64,000 nt of DNA, from NCBI GenBank assembly GCA_038065455.1, contig JBBTQX010000002.1, positions 6,779 to 70,778 of the forward strand, given 5' to 3'. Each line of letters starts with the position of its first letter. The first letter of the stretch is position 1. The notes under the pieces are model-generated. The model saw nothing but the letters and a program-made list of their open reading frames with translations, searched no databases and had not been told where the DNA came from. The stretch is from Patescibacteria group bacterium (GTDB lineage: Bacteria; Patescibacteriota; Minisyncoccia; UBA6257; GWB1-50-10). Below are positions 61,924 through 64,000 of this stretch, one piece after another. The position numbers were made by a program, and so were the translations under genes.

Positions 61924-62811
61924 TTATTTTATCACAAAAAACCTTAATATGTCATCCGTGGCCTCGAATTTCACCAAGCCGTCCCGATCGGTGCGAAATA
62001 TCTTCGCGCCGACATCCGCTAACCGATTCAAAGCTTCTTTTGTCGGATGGCCGTAGGAATTCTTCCCTACTTCTATAACCGCGACTTTCGGCCTGATCGA
62101 ATCCAAGAAATTCGCCGAAGACGAGAATTTCGAGCCGTGATGCCCGACTTTCAAAATATCCACCTTGTCCGCCATATCCGCCATTATTTTATTTTCCGTT
62201 TCCTCACCCATATCGCCGGTGAAAAGTGCGCGAGTGTTTTTGCTTTCTAGCTCGAGTACCAGTGCGGTCTCATTCAAACTGTCTCCGGAAGCAATGGTGT
62301 TCTTCGGAGGCCAAAGCACTTTCATTCTACTTGCACCGTACCGGATGACATCCCCCGCCGCAAGCGTTATAAGCGGGATATTCTTGTCTTTTATCGTTTT
62401 TATAAGCTCTTTCGCCGCCGAAGTGTCTTTCGGCACGCCGTTCCAAACAAACGCGCCGATGCGATAGCGTTTCAATACTTCCATTAGACCGCCGAAATGG
62501 TCCAATTCGGCATGACTCAAAGCGACGATGTCTATATAATGATCGCGCGAAGGCAATATCTTGTCCAAATTCTCGAGCACCAACGAGTCCGGCGGCCCGC
62601 CGTCAATGAGAATCTTCGCCCCGCCCGGAAATTTGACGAGTTCGCTGTCCCCTTGGCCCACCGACAGGAAATAAAGAGATAATCTGTCTTTTTCCGAAGC
62701 GTCGGCTCCGATTTGCCGGAAAACAAGAATATCCAGAATAAAAAACAAAGTCAGCCAGAAAACGACTTTCCCGAAATTATTCCCGATGAATTTACGAATG
62801 AATTCCTTCAT
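61924..62811 (-). CDS. comEC: ComEC C-terminal metallo-beta-lactamase domain, separate ORF
   Basis: SVGQGDS and HAELDHFGG (HxHxDH-like) motifs. Own N-terminal TM. Confidence 0.8.
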   Translation of the reverse strand: MKEFIRKFIGNNFGKVVFWLTLFFILDILVFRQIGADASEKDRLSLYFLSVGQGDSELVKFPGGAKILIDGGPPDSLVLENLDKILPSRDHYIDIVALSHAELDHFGGLMEVLKRYRIGAFVWNGVPKDTSAAKELIKTIKDKNIPLITLAAGDVIRYGASRMKVLWPPKNTIASGDSLNETALVLELESKNTRALFTGDMGEETENKIMADMADKVDILKVGHHGSKFSSSANFLDSIRPKVAVIEVGKNSYGHPTKEALNRLADVGAKIFRTDRDGLVKFEATDDILRFFVIK

Positions 62812-62829
62812 TTTTCCATCTTCGTGCCC

Positions 62830-64000
62830 TTATCCCCAGGGTGGTGTCTTTAAAGACACCACCCTGTTTTTCGACGTTTTCAAAATGAAAGTTGCGATTG
62901 CCAGATAATAAGCAACAATAAAAATCCAACCCAAAGACACGCTTAGAGATAGATTGAAGTTGCCGAAGAATTCTATCAGTCCCGTCTCGACTTTCAATAG
63001 CGGCCAAACGAACCAGCCGGCGATGAGCGCGAGATAATGCGAGATGCCGGAGAGAACGGCGACGGCGAAGCCGAGCATCATCGTATACGGAATAAGCTCC
63101 AGAACCAGAACATTCGAGATGAGCGAAATAGGCGAAAAATTCCCGAAGTTCTGGATTAATATCGGAAGAACCATAAGCTGAGCGGAGCCGGTCATCAGGA
63201 GATTCTCCCGCCAGGAAAAAGTTTCTTTTTTCCCGCCGACCGGCAAATTGAAAAGCTCTTCGAGCGCCGGCTTCAAATATACGATGCCGATGAGCGCGAG
63301 GAATGAAAGTTCAAAACCGGCATCGAATACCAACACCTTGGGATTTATAAGCACCATCAAGAGTCCCGCTAAAGTTATGGCATTCCGCGGATTGAAGATG
63401 CGGCCGCTCTCGGTCGCAACGACGACGAGCGCGCCCATAATCGCCGCTCGCACGACCGATGCCTCCGCTCCGGTCATAAGCACGAAGGCGACAAGGAAAA
63501 TGAAGGCGACAATAAAAGCAGTCCTTCTTTTCAAGAATGAAGTGAGTAAAGCCATTGCCGCCACGATGACGATCGAGACGTTGTAGCCCGAAAGCGCGAC
63601 CAGGTGCGTCGTGCCGCTTATCTGCATCGCCACTTTGAACTCGGGAGAAAAATCGCTCCGCTCACCCAAGGTCAGGCCGGAAAGAAAAGCCGCTTCCTCG
63701 ACCGGCAATATCTCTCCGAAATTATCCACAGTGGAATTCTTGAGATTGAATAAAAAAGATTTGAAGGGCGCGCCCTTATCTTCCGCGATTAGCTTAACTT
63801 CGGGATATGAAACAATTCCGCTTATTCCCTCCTTCGCCAGATATTGGGCATAGCCTGCCTGCGCAGGCAGGCCTCCCAATTCCGGTTTTTTGACCGCGCC
63901 ATTTACCGAAATCAAGTCGCCATAATGGAATTCGGGATAGCGCGGAGCATTTACGAGAATTTTCACCTTGGCGCCGGAAAATTCCGTTTGGACGTAAAGA
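62830..64000 (-). CDS. comEC: ComEC/Rec2 competence-channel part (OB-like + multi-TM competence domain), 5'-partial
   Basis: Competence-domain TM pattern. The reading frame stays open upstream of GTG 63966 to the window edge. Confidence 0.8.
   Translation of the reverse strand, partial: LYVQTEFSGAKVKILVNAPRYPEFHYGDLISVNGAVKKPELGGLPAQAGYAQYLAKEGISGIVSYPEVKLIAEDKGAPFKSFLFNLKNSTVDNFGEILPVEEAAFLSGLTLGERSDFSPEFKVAMQISGTTHLVALSGYNVSIVIVAAMALLTSFLKRRTAFIVAFIFLVAFVLMTGAEASVVRAAIMGALVVVATESGRIFNPRNAITLAGLLMVLINPKVLVFDAGFELSFLALIGIVYLKPALEELFNLPVGGKKETFSWRENLLMTGSAQLMVLPILIQNFGNFSPISLISNVLVLELIPYTMMLGFAVAVLSGISHYLALIAGWFVWPLLKVETGLIEFFGNFNLSLSVSLGWIFIVAYYLAIATFILKTSKNRVVSLKTPPWG
62837..62866. repeat. 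30-nt perfect palindrome, copy 2
   Basis: cagggtggtgtctttaaagacaccaccctg. The central 24 nt are identical to copy 1. Lies in the last codons of the upstream comEC ORF. Confidence 0.8.

Overview
This 64-kb bacterial chromosome segment is tightly packed, and about 94% of the coding sequence is on the minus strand. The content points to a reduced-genome bacterium, plausibly Patescibacteria/CPR; this is an inference and no search was run. The supporting features are compact aminoacyl-tRNA synthetases, shortened ribosomal proteins, an rpoA with no alpha-CTD, a type IV pilin, ComEC and very little biosynthesis.

Housekeeping blocks:
- parA and tRNA-Leu
- nfo-truB
- hrcA-grpE-dnaK-dnaJ
- serS-lysS-greA
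- mreB-mreC-mreD-mrdA
- proS-ddl-rseP-frr-holB-mreB2-murA
- rpsI-rplM-rplQ-rpoA-rpsD-rpsK-rpsM-rpmJ-infA
- alaS
- eno, a 2-hydroxyacid dehydrogenase, ppsA and glycerate kinase
- a CPH-type Cu ATPase with a thiol-disulfide gene cluster
- ndk-aspS-comEC

Accessory content:
- an AT-rich island carrying a fused type IIG restriction-modification enzyme tightly coupled to a NYN-domain gene
- a DUF4065 (Panacea)/RelE-like toxin-antitoxin pair
- a small G/C-rich ORF next to the tRNA

The most unusual signal is in the intergenic DNA. A 95-codon GIY-YIG ORF is bounded by 15-bp terminal inverted repeats, and its stop codon overlaps the start codon of the next gene (ATGA). Three ~130-nt ORF-less derivatives with the same termini sit exactly in front of the start codons of rpsD, rpmJ and mrdA. 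At least two further inverted-repeat element families and a repeated 30-nt perfect palindrome occupy spacers of the dnaK and ribosomal-protein operons and the comEC junction. All functional interpretations are hypotheses that need homology and structure searches I could not run.
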